Positions 39,234 through 48,368 of a DNA stretch of 58,704 nucleotides are shown piece by piece. The stretch is from Bacillota bacterium. GTDB lineage: Bacteria > Bacillota > Desulfitobacteriia > Desulfitobacteriales > Desulfitobacteriaceae. Both the position numbers and the translations under genes were made by a program. Within the stretch, counting starts at the first letter, position 1, and each line of letters opens with the position of its first letter. The DNA is taken from assembly GCA_021811425.1 (NCBI GenBank), contig JAJZPA010000001.1, positions 1-58,704 of the forward strand. Direction: 5' to 3'. The notes beneath the pieces are model-generated. The model ran no database searches. It was not told the DNA's origin and saw only the letters and a list, made by a program, of their open reading frames with translations.

Positions 39234-39281
39234 CGGTTCAATGACGCAGATTCTATCATGAACTTAAGATGTGAGGGATGC

Positions 39282-40481
39282 ATGATGCAAACAAAAAAAC
39301 GAGCCATCGTTATCGTGCTCGACAGTGTAGGGATTGGGGCTCTTCCGGATGCCGCCAATTATGGTGATGTGGGGAGCAACACCCTGGGCCATATTGCCAA
39401 GCAACGGAGACTGAGCCTACCGTATCTTCAAAGGCTGGGTTTAGGAAATATTGCACCGCTTGAAGGGATAAAGCCGGAAGCCCGACCCATAGCCTGTTAT
39501 GGCCGGATGGCGGAACAATCCGTAGGCAAGGACACGACGACAGGGCACTGGGAGATGGCAGGTGTGATTCTCGACAAGCCATTTCCCACTTTTCCCAATG
39601 GCTTTCCAGCCGATTTTATGGACATGTATGAAGCCGCGATTGGCCGGAAGACGCTGGGCAATGTTGTGGCTTCCGGTACGGAAATTATCCAGCGCCTGGG
39701 GGACGAGCATGTGCGTACAGGCTTTCCGATCATCTATACGTCTGCCGATTCGGTCTTTCAAGTGGCCGCCCATGAAGAGGTGATTTCACTGGACGAGCTT
39801 ATGCGTCTTTGCAGTAGAGCACGGGAGATGTTGTCCGGAAAATTGGAAGTGGGACGGGTCATTGCCAGGCCATTTCGCGGGGAGACAGGGAATTATTGGC
39901 GCACCCCCAATCGGCATGATTTTGCCTTGCTTCCGCCGGGGCAGACTCTGCTCGATCGAGTTCAGGAAGCGGGGATGGCTGTGCGTGCTGTCGGTAAAAT
40001 TCGTGACATCTACGCAGGCCGGGGTGTTAGCCAGACGGCTCCGACCAAAGGCAACGGGGAAGGGATGAATAAGATTTTAGAATTCATGGACGATCTCAAT
40101 CCAGGTCTGATCATGGCAAACTTGGTGGATTTTGATATGCTCTATGGGCATCGTAATGATGTAGAAGGCTATGCTCAAGCGTTGGAGGAATTTGATGCCC
40201 GGCTACCCAAATTAATAGGAGCTTTGCGCGATGATGATGATCTCTTAGTCATCACGGCGGATCATGGCTGTGATCCGACGACCGCAAGTACGGATCATTC
40301 TCGGGAATATGTTCCCTTATTGGTGTACTGGCCGAAGCTTCAACAGGGGATTAATCTTGGAATTCGTCAGACGTTTGCCGATTTAGGAGCAACGGTGGCT
40401 GATTATTTGGGGGTTGGTTCGCTTGCTCACGGCAAAAGCTTTTGGCCAGATATTAGGAATGCGGAAGTTGGAGACAGATAG
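39282..40481 (+). CDS. deoB: Phosphopentomutase
   Basis: [52 protein letters not shown]. Confidence 0.96.
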   Translation: MMQTKKRAIVIVLDSVGIGALPDAANYGDVGSNTLGHIAKQRRLSLPYLQRLGLGNIAPLEGIKPEARPIACYGRMAEQSVGKDTTTGHWEMAGVILDKPFPTFPNGFPADFMDMYEAAIGRKTLGNVVASGTEIIQRLGDEHVRTGFPIIYTSADSVFQVAAHEEVISLDELMRLCSRAREMLSGKLEVGRVIARPFRGETGNYWRTPNRHDFALLPPGQTLLDRVQEAGMAVRAVGKIRDIYAGRGVSQTAPTKGNGEGMNKILEFMDDLNPGLIMANLVDFDMLYGHRNDVEGYAQALEEFDARLPKLIGALRDDDDLLVITADHGCDPTTASTDHSREYVPLLVYWPKLQQGINLGIRQTFADLGATVADYLGVGSLAHGKSFWPDIRNAEVGDR

Positions 40482-40497
40482 AAAGGAGTCTTTCGGA

Positions 40498-41328
40498 ATG
40501 CTGAACGAAAAGGAATATAACCAGAAGCTGGCAGAAGCCAGGCATTACCTGGGAGAACGATTGAATGCCATGCCCGAATTAGGGATCATTTTGGGCTCAG
40601 GGCTCGGCGGGTTTGCCCAACTCATCGAAAACCAGGTGGTCATTCCTTACCGGGAGATTCCTCATTTTCCGGTATCCACAGTGGTAGGGCATGCGGGCCA
40701 GCTTGTCTTTGGTCAGGTTCAGAGCAAGCGCGTCGTCGCCATGCAGGGGCGATTCCATTATTATGAGGGCTATAATATGGGTGAGGTCACCTTTCCGGTC
40801 AGGGTCATGCAGGTTCTGGGTGTCACCGGACTCATCGTGACCAATGCAGCGGGGGGGATCAATCCCTCCTATCGGCCTGGAGATTTAGTGCTGATCAAAG
40901 ATCATATCAACTTCATCGGGGATAATCCGCTCAGGGGAGAGAATCTCTCCAACTTAGGCCCGCGTTTTCCGGATTTAAGTGAAGGGTATGATTCGGAGTG
41001 GCGGCAAAAAGCCTTGCATGTGGCCCGCGAGATCGGGGTACATCCTCAGGAAGGGATTTATGCGGCTATGAGCGGTCCCAGCTATGAAACCCCGGCTGAG
41101 ATCCGTCATTTACGGGCCATTGGGGCCGACTTGGTCGGGATGTCTACGGTTCCTGAAGTGATCGTGGCTAATCACGGCGGCATGCGGGTGTTAGGGATCT
41201 CTTGTGTTACGAATATGGCTGCAGGGGTTCTGCCCCAGAAATTGAGCCATGCGGAAGTGATGGAGACTACAGAGCGGATTGAGCGGCAGTTCGTTCGCTT
41301 CATTCAGACGATTGTTGGAGTTATTTAG
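40498..41328 (+). CDS. punA: Purine nucleoside phosphorylase (trimeric type)
   Basis: ILGSGLG, STVVGHAG, QGRFHYYEG, TNAAGG, GPSYETPAE, VGMSTVPE. Confidence 0.95.
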   Translation: MLNEKEYNQKLAEARHYLGERLNAMPELGIILGSGLGGFAQLIENQVVIPYREIPHFPVSTVVGHAGQLVFGQVQSKRVVAMQGRFHYYEGYNMGEVTFPVRVMQVLGVTGLIVTNAAGGINPSYRPGDLVLIKDHINFIGDNPLRGENLSNLGPRFPDLSEGYDSEWRQKALHVAREIGVHPQEGIYAAMSGPSYETPAEIRHLRAIGADLVGMSTVPEVIVANHGGMRVLGISCVTNMAAGVLPQKLSHAEVMETTERIERQFVRFIQTIVGVI

Positions 41329-41362
41329 CACGCCTTGGCGAGCGGGAAGAGGTGGAACGAGA

Positions 41363-42625
41363 ATGCGGATGTTGGATTTGATCGAGAAAAAGCGCGACGG
41401 AGGCAGTCTATCAGAAAATGAAATTCGGTACCTCATCCGGGGTTATGTACAGGGAGAAATACCGGATTATCAGATGTCCGCTTGGGCTATGGCCGTCTTT
41501 TTTCGGGGGATGAACCGGGAAGAGATCACCGATCTGACCTTAGCCATGGCGGAAAGCGGGGAACAGTTGGATCTTACCGGCTTGGGCAAGGTGGTTGATA
41601 AGCATAGCACCGGCGGGGTGGGGGATAAGACCACGTTGGTGCTGGGCCCGCTCGTTGCCTCCTGCGGGGTGCCGGTGGCCAAGATGTCCGGGCGCGGGCT
41701 TGGGCATACCGGAGGCACCATCGACAAACTCGCGTCGATTCCCGGGTTTCAGGTGGAACTTGCGCAAGCCGAGTTTTTGGCACAGGTCAAACGCATCGGT
41801 TTAGCGGTAGTTGCCCAAACAGTAAACCTAGTACCGGCCGATAAGAAGCTCTATGCCCTCAGGGATGTCACGGCAACCGTGAATTCAATTCCCTTGATTG
41901 CCTCATCTGTGATGAGCAAGAAGATCGCGGCAGGGGCTCAAGGGATCGTCCTGGATGTAAAGTACGGCTCCGGAGCTTTTATGAAAAGCAAAGCCGATGC
42001 CCGCATCCTCGCGGATACGATGATCGAGATCGGAAAGTCCCTGGGCCGGGAGACAATTGCCGTGCTTTCCGCAATGAACCAACCGTTAGGGCGTGCTGTA
42101 GGGAATAGTCTAGAGGTGCTGGAGGCAATCCAGGCTCTACAGGGGAATGGTCCGGATGATTTGATGGACGTCTGTTTTGAATTGGGTGCTTGGATGCTCG
42201 TGGCCGGGGGTCAGGCCGCAGATGTAGAGGCCGGGAAAGTTCTGCTCACGGAGAGCCTTGCGAGCGGACGGGCCTGGGATAAGTTTCTGGAATTCGTCGC
42301 GGCCCAAGGCGGGGATACAGAGGCCGTGAGACAAGGCAAACTCCCCCTGGCACCGCTGCAAGCTACGGTTACCGCGAGGGAGTCCGGATATTTGGCTGAC
42401 ATGGATGCCCTGGAGGTGGGTGTGTTAGCGATGGCCCTTGGGGCCGGGCGGCAGACTAAAGAGAGCATCATTGATCCGGGGGCCGGGATCGTGCTTCAGA
42501 AGAAGTCGGGAGATTGGATAGAGGCCGATGAATCGGTTATGGTCCTATATAGCAGTGATCAGCAGAAGCTGGAAGAAGGGCTATCGAGGGCGCAAGGGGT
42601 TTATCACATCGCTCGGAGTCAATGA
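41363..42625 (+). CDS. pdp: Pyrimidine-nucleoside phosphorylase
   Basis: IEKKRDG, DKHSTGGVGDK, SGRGLGHTGGTIDKL, YALRDVT, SVMSKK, LGAGR. Confidence 0.95.
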   Translation: MRMLDLIEKKRDGGSLSENEIRYLIRGYVQGEIPDYQMSAWAMAVFFRGMNREEITDLTLAMAESGEQLDLTGLGKVVDKHSTGGVGDKTTLVLGPLVASCGVPVAKMSGRGLGHTGGTIDKLASIPGFQVELAQAEFLAQVKRIGLAVVAQTVNLVPADKKLYALRDVTATVNSIPLIASSVMSKKIAAGAQGIVLDVKYGSGAFMKSKADARILADTMIEIGKSLGRETIAVLSAMNQPLGRAVGNSLEVLEAIQALQGNGPDDLMDVCFELGAWMLVAGGQAADVEAGKVLLTESLASGRAWDKFLEFVAAQGGDTEAVRQGKLPLAPLQATVTARESGYLADMDALEVGVLAMALGAGRQTKESIIDPGAGIVLQKKSGDWIEADESVMVLYSSDQQKLEEGLSRAQGVYHIARSQ

Positions 42626-42633
42626 GTTCCGAG

Positions 42634-42936
42634 CTATCCGAGCTTGGCAATCCCCAATAAATAACGGTGTGGCCCAGGCACTCCAGGCGAAACAAAGGTC
42701 ACACGGTCTCCAGGCTTGACCCAGCCCTCCTCTAAAGCACAGGCACTGTGGTTGATAAAGACGGATTCGATTTTGTCCAGAGGCAGATCCAGCTTCTGGG
42801 CCAGATCGAAAGCAGAACATTCATGGTCAAGGTCGAAGTGGTAAGGAAAGGGCCAGCCCCTTTCCTTAAAAATTTGTCTTAAAAAGACCAAACCTCTTAC
42901 CTCTACAGTAAAGGCCTGATTTGATTCCTCCGTCAT
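42634..42936 (-). CDS. MoaD/ThiS-like ubiquitin-fold protein without terminal Gly-Gly
   Basis: LAQKLDLPLDKIESVFIN...VKPGDRVTFVSPGVPGPHR; RBS GGAGG upstream. Confidence 0.7.
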   Translation of the reverse strand: MTEESNQAFTVEVRGLVFLRQIFKERGWPFPYHFDLDHECSAFDLAQKLDLPLDKIESVFINHSACALEEGWVKPGDRVTFVSPGVPGPHRYLLGIAKLG

Positions 42937-43102
42937 GCGAAGAATCCCTCCTTCATGTTACACGTATAATGATTTGATTCGACCTTCGGTGAGCAGAACC
43001 CTTCTTTGAAGTTTATGGCGTGCACGAGTCTGACTCAGATGAGGTCTAATAAGAGACACTTTAGCGTATTCTCTTTACGAAAAGCGCTAAGGGAGTGGGA
43101 AA

Positions 43103-43594
43103 ATGGCTGAGAAAAAAGTTTATCCGCTGACTGAGAGCCTGGATACAGAACTTCGCTATGCTGTGTTGGGTCGGGCGGAAAAGTTCCGTAAAAAGAGGCA
43201 TGCCTACAAAGCCTGGAAGACACTTAAGGGTTTTGGCTGTACCGTGTATCCGGTGGCACCTGATTTAAAGCGATGCGAGAGCGCCAAGGTGTATCCTGAC
43301 CTTGTTTCACTTAAGGACAAAGTGGATGTTGTAATCCCTTGCCTGCTACCGCTAGAAATTCCGCGTCTCGTGGCAGAGTCAGTAGCCGTAGGCGCAAAGC
43401 AGATTTGGTTTCAGGAAAAGACCTGGACCCCTGAATTTCAGGAACAATGCGATGCGCTTGGCATCATCGCCGTGCGTGGCTGTGTCTTGCTCCATAAGAT
43501 TTACCCTAAACCGTTGGGATACTTGAACCCCTGCTATTGGCACGGCCTCAAGGCAGTAAAAGTGCCGGAAAAAGGCTTCAGGAACCGCCTTTAG
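43103..43594 (+). CDS. CoA-binding domain protein (YccU-like)
   Basis: YAVLG, GCTVYPV, KVYPDL..L..KVDVV, IWFQ, GCVL. Confidence 0.75.
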   Translation: MAEKKVYPLTESLDTELRYAVLGRAEKFRKKRHAYKAWKTLKGFGCTVYPVAPDLKRCESAKVYPDLVSLKDKVDVVIPCLLPLEIPRLVAESVAVGAKQIWFQEKTWTPEFQEQCDALGIIAVRGCVLLHKIYPKPLGYLNPCYWHGLKAVKVPEKGFRNRL

Positions 43595-43607
43595 AACTGC
43601 AAAAAAA

Positions 43608-43634
43608 AACCTTCCCAGAATATCTGGAAAGGTT
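43608..43634. terminator. Terminator between convergent genes
   Basis: AACCTTCCCAGA-A-TATCTGGAAAGGTT preceded by an A-run, which is a U-tract on the minus strand. Confidence 0.6.
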
Positions 43635-43651
43635 CCTGTTTGCTCTAAAGC

Positions 43652-43957
43652 CTACCAGTTGCTGCGTTGACGCGGTTGGTAGCAATCACGGCAATAAACG
43701 GGCTTGTCACCTGTAGGTTGGAAAGGCACCATGGTTTCTTTACCACATGCGGAGCATACGGCCGGAAACATTTCGCGTTGTGGGCGGGAAGAGTATCCGC
43801 CATTGCCACGAGTTTGGGCCTTTCTGGCTGCCCGGCATTCGGGGCAGCGGCCAGGTTCATTAGTGAATCCTTTTTCTGCATAGAACTCTTGTTCAGAGGC
43901 AGAAAAAACGAATTCGCGGCCACAGTCTTTACAGGTCAGGGTTTTGTCGTTGAACAT
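43652..43957 (-). CDS. Zinc-ribbon protein (zf-trcl plus CxxC-x17-CxxC)
   Basis: MFNDKTLTCKDCGREFVFSASEQEFY...RCPECR; MFPAVCSACG...VPFQP..KPVYCRDCY; RBS GGAGG. Confidence 0.9.
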   Translation of the reverse strand: MFNDKTLTCKDCGREFVFSASEQEFYAEKGFTNEPGRCPECRAARKAQTRGNGGYSSRPQREMFPAVCSACGKETMVPFQPTGDKPVYCRDCYQPRQRSNW

Positions 43958-44072
43958 TAAGAAAACCTCCAAGATTTTATTTACCCGCTGCAACAAGGGA
44001 GTTCATCAACTTCCCATGGCCAGAGGCTTTCGAGAAGGTTTGCGTATTCCACAAGAACTAACGAGCATATTC

Positions 44073-44101
44073 AGTATAACCCCTGAATGATCATCTGTCA
44101 A
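44073..44101 (-). promoter_or_regulatory. sigmaA promoter of the zinc-ribbon gene
   Basis: Minus strand TTGACA-N17-TATACT, implying a leader of about 110 nt. Confidence 0.75.
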
Positions 44102-44184
44102 TTTCCCGCGATTACAAATATGTTAGCAATCGGATATTGATCCGTCAAACCCGCAATATGGGGAAACGGTGTGGGGAGCGGGGT

Positions 44185-44222
44185 ATCGGTTCAGGGTGTG
44201 AGAAATCGGTTTAGGGTGTGAG
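44185..44222. repeat. 18-bp tandem direct repeat with 20-bp period
   Basis: ATCGGTTCAGGGTGTGAG (44185-44202) and ATCGGTTTAGGGTGTGAG (44205-44222). Confidence 0.7.
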
Positions 44223-44332
44223 TTAAGAACCTCAGCATGCGAATAAAAACTCTTCTGTGAGTTACCCTAAGAAGGTCGGGAATGGCGTCAATAGGCGACT
44301 TCAAAGCTAAGTGATAAAGGCGGGATTAGGGT

Positions 44333-45274
44333 ATGCATTCAGGAAAAGTCGTGATCATCGGAAGCGGATTCGTAGGTACGAGTATTGCCTATGCAATGCT
44401 CATCCGGGGAATTTGCACAGAACTCATCTTAATAGATGTTCAGCGGGCAAAAGCTGAAGGCGAGGCTATGGATTTGAGCCACGGCCTTCCCTTTATTCGT
44501 CCAGTGGCGATTCGAGCGGGGGGTTATGAGGATTGCCGGGAGGCCGAGGTGATCATCATCACGGCAGGAGCCAACCAAAAGCCGGGAGAGACGCGCCTGG
44601 ATTTAGCTCAGAAAAATGCTGCGATTCTGCGCTCGATTTTGGAGCAAATTGCCAGCTATACCCAAGAGGCGATCTTACTGATCGTGTCAAACCCAGTGGA
44701 TGTACTCACGAGCGTAGCGTGCGAGTATCCGGGTTTTGCGCCCGAACGTGTGCTTGGCTCAGGAACGGTGCTCGATACGGCCCGTTTTCGTTACCTTCTC
44801 AGCCGCCGCTGCGGGATCAATCCGGCCAGCATTCATGCTTATGTGGTGGGGGAACATGGGGATTCTGAAGTTCCACTCTTTAGTTCAGCGAGTGTGGCCG
44901 GGAGTCCGCTCAGCGCCCTGTGCAGAGAATGCGGGACTGCCTGTGATCTGGATTGGCGGCAGCAGGTTATCCAGGAAGTGAAAGGGGCAGCCTATGAAAT
45001 TATCGAACGCAAAGGTGCGACTTACTATGGGATTGGTTTGGCAACGACGCAGATCCTAAGGGCCATTCTCCGGGATGAGCAAACGGTGCTCACGGTTTCA
45101 GGACGGCTGGATGACCGCTACGCGGATCTTGGGGTCGCTTTGAGTGTCCCCTGTGTCATTGGGCGTGGAGGAATTATCCGTCGTCTGGAGATGCCCATGG
45201 ACCAAGAAGAAAAGGAACTTTTCTTGAATTCCAGCGCAACATTAAGGGAATCGTTGCGCTGTGCGTTAATCTAA
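44333..45274 (+). CDS. ldh: L-lactate dehydrogenase
   Basis: IIGSGFVG, TAGANQKPGETRLDL (Gln specificity residue), SNPVD, GTVLDTAR, GEHGDSE, KGATYYGI. Confidence 0.93.
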   Translation: MHSGKVVIIGSGFVGTSIAYAMLIRGICTELILIDVQRAKAEGEAMDLSHGLPFIRPVAIRAGGYEDCREAEVIIITAGANQKPGETRLDLAQKNAAILRSILEQIASYTQEAILLIVSNPVDVLTSVACEYPGFAPERVLGSGTVLDTARFRYLLSRRCGINPASIHAYVVGEHGDSEVPLFSSASVAGSPLSALCRECGTACDLDWRQQVIQEVKGAAYEIIERKGATYYGIGLATTQILRAILRDEQTVLTVSGRLDDRYADLGVALSVPCVIGRGGIIRRLEMPMDQEEKELFLNSSATLRESLRCALI

Positions 45275-45360
45275 GAACTTTTGGCAAACGAGTTTGAATG
45301 ATTCAATAGATTTTCGATTTGCGGGAATACTAGGTTCAGACTATGTGAGGAGGGTTGAAG

Positions 45361-46509
45361 ATGCGCAAAGGATTGATGATTGTTTTAGCATTAGTTCTGG
45401 CGTTGGGAAACCTGGGCGTTATCCAGGCTGCACCGGTTTTGGCGGCAGAAGTGGAGACGGCTGCGGAAAGTGCGATTTTAATGGATGCGGCAACAGGAAA
45501 TATCCTTTACGAGAAGGAATCGCATAAAGAGCTTCCTCCAGCCAGTGTGACCAAACTCATGACACTCCTGGTGGCAGCTGATGCCATTGCCCAAGGCCGG
45601 GTCAAGCTGACGGATAAAGTGACAGCCAGCGAAAACGCCTCCAAGCTGGGCGGCTCCCAAATTTACTTAGAGCCTGGGGAAACGTTCTCTTTGGAAGAGA
45701 TGCTTCTGGCAATCGCCGTTGGTTCGGCGAATGATGCTTGTGTCGCTGTGGCGGAACACATCAGCGGTACGCATGAAGCTTATGTGGAAGAAATGAATAA
45801 GAAGGCACAAGCGCTGGGTCTCAAAAATACGCATTTCGTGAATGCGTACGGGTTGCCGGCTGAGGGGCATTACACCAGTGCCTATGACCTCGCGCTGATG
45901 GGCCGGGCGGCACTGGAATACCCCTTGATTCGCAAACTGACAAGTGTGAAGGAATATGATTTACGCGACGGGAAGTTCAAACTTTGGAACACGAACAAGC
46001 TTCTCTGGTGGTACACAGGAACGGATGGGTTTAAGACCGGTTGGACGAATGAAGCTAAATATTGTTTAGCTTCAACGGTCGAACGGGATGGCTTGCGCCT
46101 CATCGCTGTGGTGATGGGCGTTCCCGAGCCACGAGGGCACTTTGCGGAGTCGATGAAGATTTATAACTGGGGTTTTGCCAAATATGCCTTCAAACAGTTT
46201 GCCCCAGCCCATCAAAAGCAAGGAGTTGTTAAGGTTTTAAAAGGGGTTCAGGATGATGTTACGGTCACGACAGCTAAACCATTAGGAGTCACCGTGGAGA
46301 AGGGAAAAGACAAGAACATCTGGGTTGAGACCAAGCTTAACCCGGAAGTCACCGCCCCGGTGCAAGCAGGGCAGAAGCTGGGGGAAATCCTACTTTACCG
46401 GGAAGACCAGTTACTGACACAAGTCGATCTCGTGGCCCAGGATGCGGTCGAGCGGGCGAAGCTCCAGCAACAAATCGGGAAAACCCTCAGAGGGGTATTC
46501 GGATTTTAG
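45361..46509 (+). CDS. dacF: D-Ala-D-Ala carboxypeptidase DacF
   Basis: Signal peptide, PASVTK (SxxK), SAN (SxN), FKTG; sigmaF/G-type -10 GGGAATACTA upstream; adjacent to spoIIA. Confidence 0.9.
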   Translation: MRKGLMIVLALVLALGNLGVIQAAPVLAAEVETAAESAILMDAATGNILYEKESHKELPPASVTKLMTLLVAADAIAQGRVKLTDKVTASENASKLGGSQIYLEPGETFSLEEMLLAIAVGSANDACVAVAEHISGTHEAYVEEMNKKAQALGLKNTHFVNAYGLPAEGHYTSAYDLALMGRAALEYPLIRKLTSVKEYDLRDGKFKLWNTNKLLWWYTGTDGFKTGWTNEAKYCLASTVERDGLRLIAVVMGVPEPRGHFAESMKIYNWGFAKYAFKQFAPAHQKQGVVKVLKGVQDDVTVTTAKPLGVTVEKGKDKNIWVETKLNPEVTAPVQAGQKLGEILLYREDQLLTQVDLVAQDAVERAKLQQQIGKTLRGVFGF

Positions 46510-46540
46510 ACCGAGCGCATCTCGGGGAGATACGCTCGGT
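46510..46540. terminator. Hairpin after dacF
   Basis: ACCGAGCG...CGCTCGGT. Confidence 0.55.
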
Positions 46541-46603
46541 TAGAAGTCAACGTGTTTTAAAGAAACAATCATGAACTATCCGTTGACGGAGAGGCCGATC
46601 AGT

Positions 46604-46643
46604 TAGACAAAGCGAGACCGGAAATCCGACCTCGCTTTGTCTA
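46604..46643 (-). terminator. Hairpin at the sigF 3' end
   Basis: TAGACAAAGCGAG / CTCGCTTTGTCTA 13-bp arms, overlapping the stop codon. Confidence 0.55.
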
Positions 46644-47444
46644 TATTCGTTCATCGGGGTTGCCCGGTCCCTTGTCTTCCTGGAGAAGATCCCGAATGCG
46701 ATGCAGGGCTGCGCGTTCGATCCGGGAAATCTGTACCTGTGAGAGATGCAATTGTAAGGCGATCTCACTTTGGGTTTTGTCTTCAAAAAAGCGCAGCAGC
46801 AGAACCCGTTTTTCGCGTTCCGGGAGTTTGTCCAGGACTTCCTTGAGCGCGATTTTTTCGAACCAGCTTGGCTCCAAATCTTTATCGAGCGGGAGCTGAT
46901 CCAAGACATAAATAGGATCGGAGTCATCCTGGTAGAGCGTATCATGGATGGAGGTCGGGCTTTGTACCGCTTCCAGAGCCGAGACGATGTCCTCCCGATC
47001 TACTCCGATATCGAGAGCGATTTCTCCGATAGTCGGCTCGCGTCCAAGGGAAGAAGCCAGATTCTCACGCGCTCGGTTGACTTTGTATACGAGTTCCTTG
47101 TAAGAACGGGGCACTTTGATCGGATGGTCGTCACGCAGGAACCTACGGATCTCGCCGATGATCATCGGAACAGCATAGGTCGAAAATTTGACGCCATAGC
47201 TGAAATCAAATTTGTCGATGGCTTTCATCAGGCCGATGGTTCCAATTTGAAAGAGATCCTCAATTTCATAGCCCCGATGGGCAAAGCGCTGCACTAAATT
47301 AAAAATCAGCTTCAAATTGCAGTTGATTAAACGTTCGCGGGCTGCGGCATCCCCTTCTTTGGCCCGGTGCAAAAGTTCCATCATCTCGGTGTCGGAGAGG
47401 AGTGGGAAGCGGGGTAGATTCATTTCCGTCAGGCGTTGTATCAT
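46641..47444 (-). CDS. sigF: RNA polymerase sporulation sigma factor F
   Basis: DLFQIGTIGLMKAIDKFD, FSTYAVPMIIGEIRRFLRDD, KTQSEIA..SQVQISR; follows spoIIAB. ATG 47444 follows AGAGGAGG. Confidence 0.93.
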   Translation of the reverse strand: MIQRLTEMNLPRFPLLSDTEMMELLHRAKEGDAAARERLINCNLKLIFNLVQRFAHRGYEIEDLFQIGTIGLMKAIDKFDFSYGVKFSTYAVPMIIGEIRRFLRDDHPIKVPRSYKELVYKVNRARENLASSLGREPTIGEIALDIGVDREDIVSALEAVQSPTSIHDTLYQDDSDPIYVLDQLPLDKDLEPSWFEKIALKEVLDKLPEREKRVLLLRFFEDKTQSEIALQLHLSQVQISRIERAALHRIRDLLQEDKGPGNPDERI

Positions 47445-47457
47445 CAGTATTCCTCCT

Positions 47458-47898
47458 CTAATGAGAGGGGAAGGCGGTGCTGCGGTCAAGGTACTTAACC
47501 ATGGTAACCGTCGTCCCTTGGTTGACGGTTGAATCGACATCCAGCTCATCCATAAATGATTGCATGAACACGAAACCCAACCCCATACGTTCGGGGTCGG
47601 TGCTGAAAGCCGGCTGCATGGCCTGTTCCACATTGGGAATGCCACAACCCTCATCAGACACGGTGATTTTCAGGGTTTCTTGATTAATTTCCAGTTCAAG
47701 CAGAACTAAGCGCCCACTTTCTCCACGGTAGCCATGGATGATGGCATTGGAAACGGCTTCGGATACGGCTACTTTTAGTTCCTCAATATCGTTGAGGGGC
47801 AGATCCAACTGCGCCCCGACCGAGGCAACCAGCATTCGGGCGATGCCGACATTTTCAGCGACACTCGAAAACGTGAGAACTAACTGATTTACATTCAT
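47458..47898 (-). CDS. spoIIAB: Anti-sigma F factor/kinase
   Basis: ENVGIAR, VSEAVSNAIIHGY, DEGCGI, ERMGLGF..MQSFMD, GTTVTM. Confidence 0.95.
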   Translation of the reverse strand: MNVNQLVLTFSSVAENVGIARMLVASVGAQLDLPLNDIEELKVAVSEAVSNAIIHGYRGESGRLVLLELEINQETLKITVSDEGCGIPNVEQAMQPAFSTDPERMGLGFVFMQSFMDELDVDSTVNQGTTVTMVKYLDRSTAFPSH

Positions 47899-47900
47899 CC

Positions 47901-48248
47901 TTATGCTCCCCTTCCATCTTCATCATCGGCCTGGGCTGCCGTTTCATCTGAGAAAAAGCGAATGATCCGGGGCAGGCCTGATAATTCCATGATTTTATAA
48001 ATGTGTGGAGGGACATTGCTGATTTTGACTTTTCCACCTAAGGCAAGCAGTTTCTTGTAGCGTCCCAGAATCACTCCCAAGCCTGAGCTGTCAATAAACT
48101 TGACCTTTTCCATGTTTAGCACCACGATGCGAATGCCGCGGCGTTCTATTTCATGATCAAGGGCCTGGCGCAGGGTTTCTGCGGTTTTCATGTCTAAGTC
48201 GCCGTCTAAGCGCAAGATGAGCGTTTGACGTTCGATCTTCTTTTCCAT
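47901..48248 (-). CDS. spoIIAA: Anti-anti-sigma F factor
   Basis: STAS domain: LRLDGDLD, FIDSSGLGVILGRYK, IMELSGL. Confidence 0.95.
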   Translation of the reverse strand: MEKKIERQTLILRLDGDLDMKTAETLRQALDHEIERRGIRIVVLNMEKVKFIDSSGLGVILGRYKKLLALGGKVKISNVPPHIYKIMELSGLPRIIRFFSDETAAQADDEDGRGA

Positions 48249-48286
48249 CCTGAAAAATCCCCCCTTCATCGGTTGCTCAGAATAGA

Positions 48287-48311
48287 GTTCGACAGCATCC
48301 ATAATTTACCT
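48287..48311 (-). promoter_or_regulatory. Putative sigmaH promoter of spoIIA with 0A box
   Basis: Minus strand AGGTAAAT...GAAC (N17); TGTCGAA on the minus strand at 48288-48294. Confidence 0.65.
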
Positions 48312-48338
48312 TCTTTTCTGCGAAAAAAACATGGGAAC

Positions 48339-48368
48339 GTATAATTCTACGGAATTTAAAACATACTA
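48339..48368 (+). promoter_or_regulatory. sigmaG promoter of spoVA
   Basis: GTATA-N18-CATACTA, a match to the sigmaG consensus. Confidence 0.75.

Noticed and set aside
44185..44222. Mini-CRISPR
   Set aside because: The repeats are separated by 2 bp, so there is no spacer.
46546..46587. GTCAACG...CGTTGAC inverted repeat as an IS200/IS605 or IscB-type end
   Set aside because: Only 7-bp arms, with no transposase, TnpB or IscB ORF nearby.
47445..47654. 70-aa N-terminal extension of SigF given by the ORF track
   Set aside because: It overlaps spoIIAB in another frame; a strong SD precedes ATG 47444.
46553..48363. 9-bp TGTTTTAAA inverted repeat as proof of a site-specific invertible switch
   Set aside because: Short and AT-rich, and the same word also occurs at 8426-8434. 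Kept only as a caveated note in the inversion finding.
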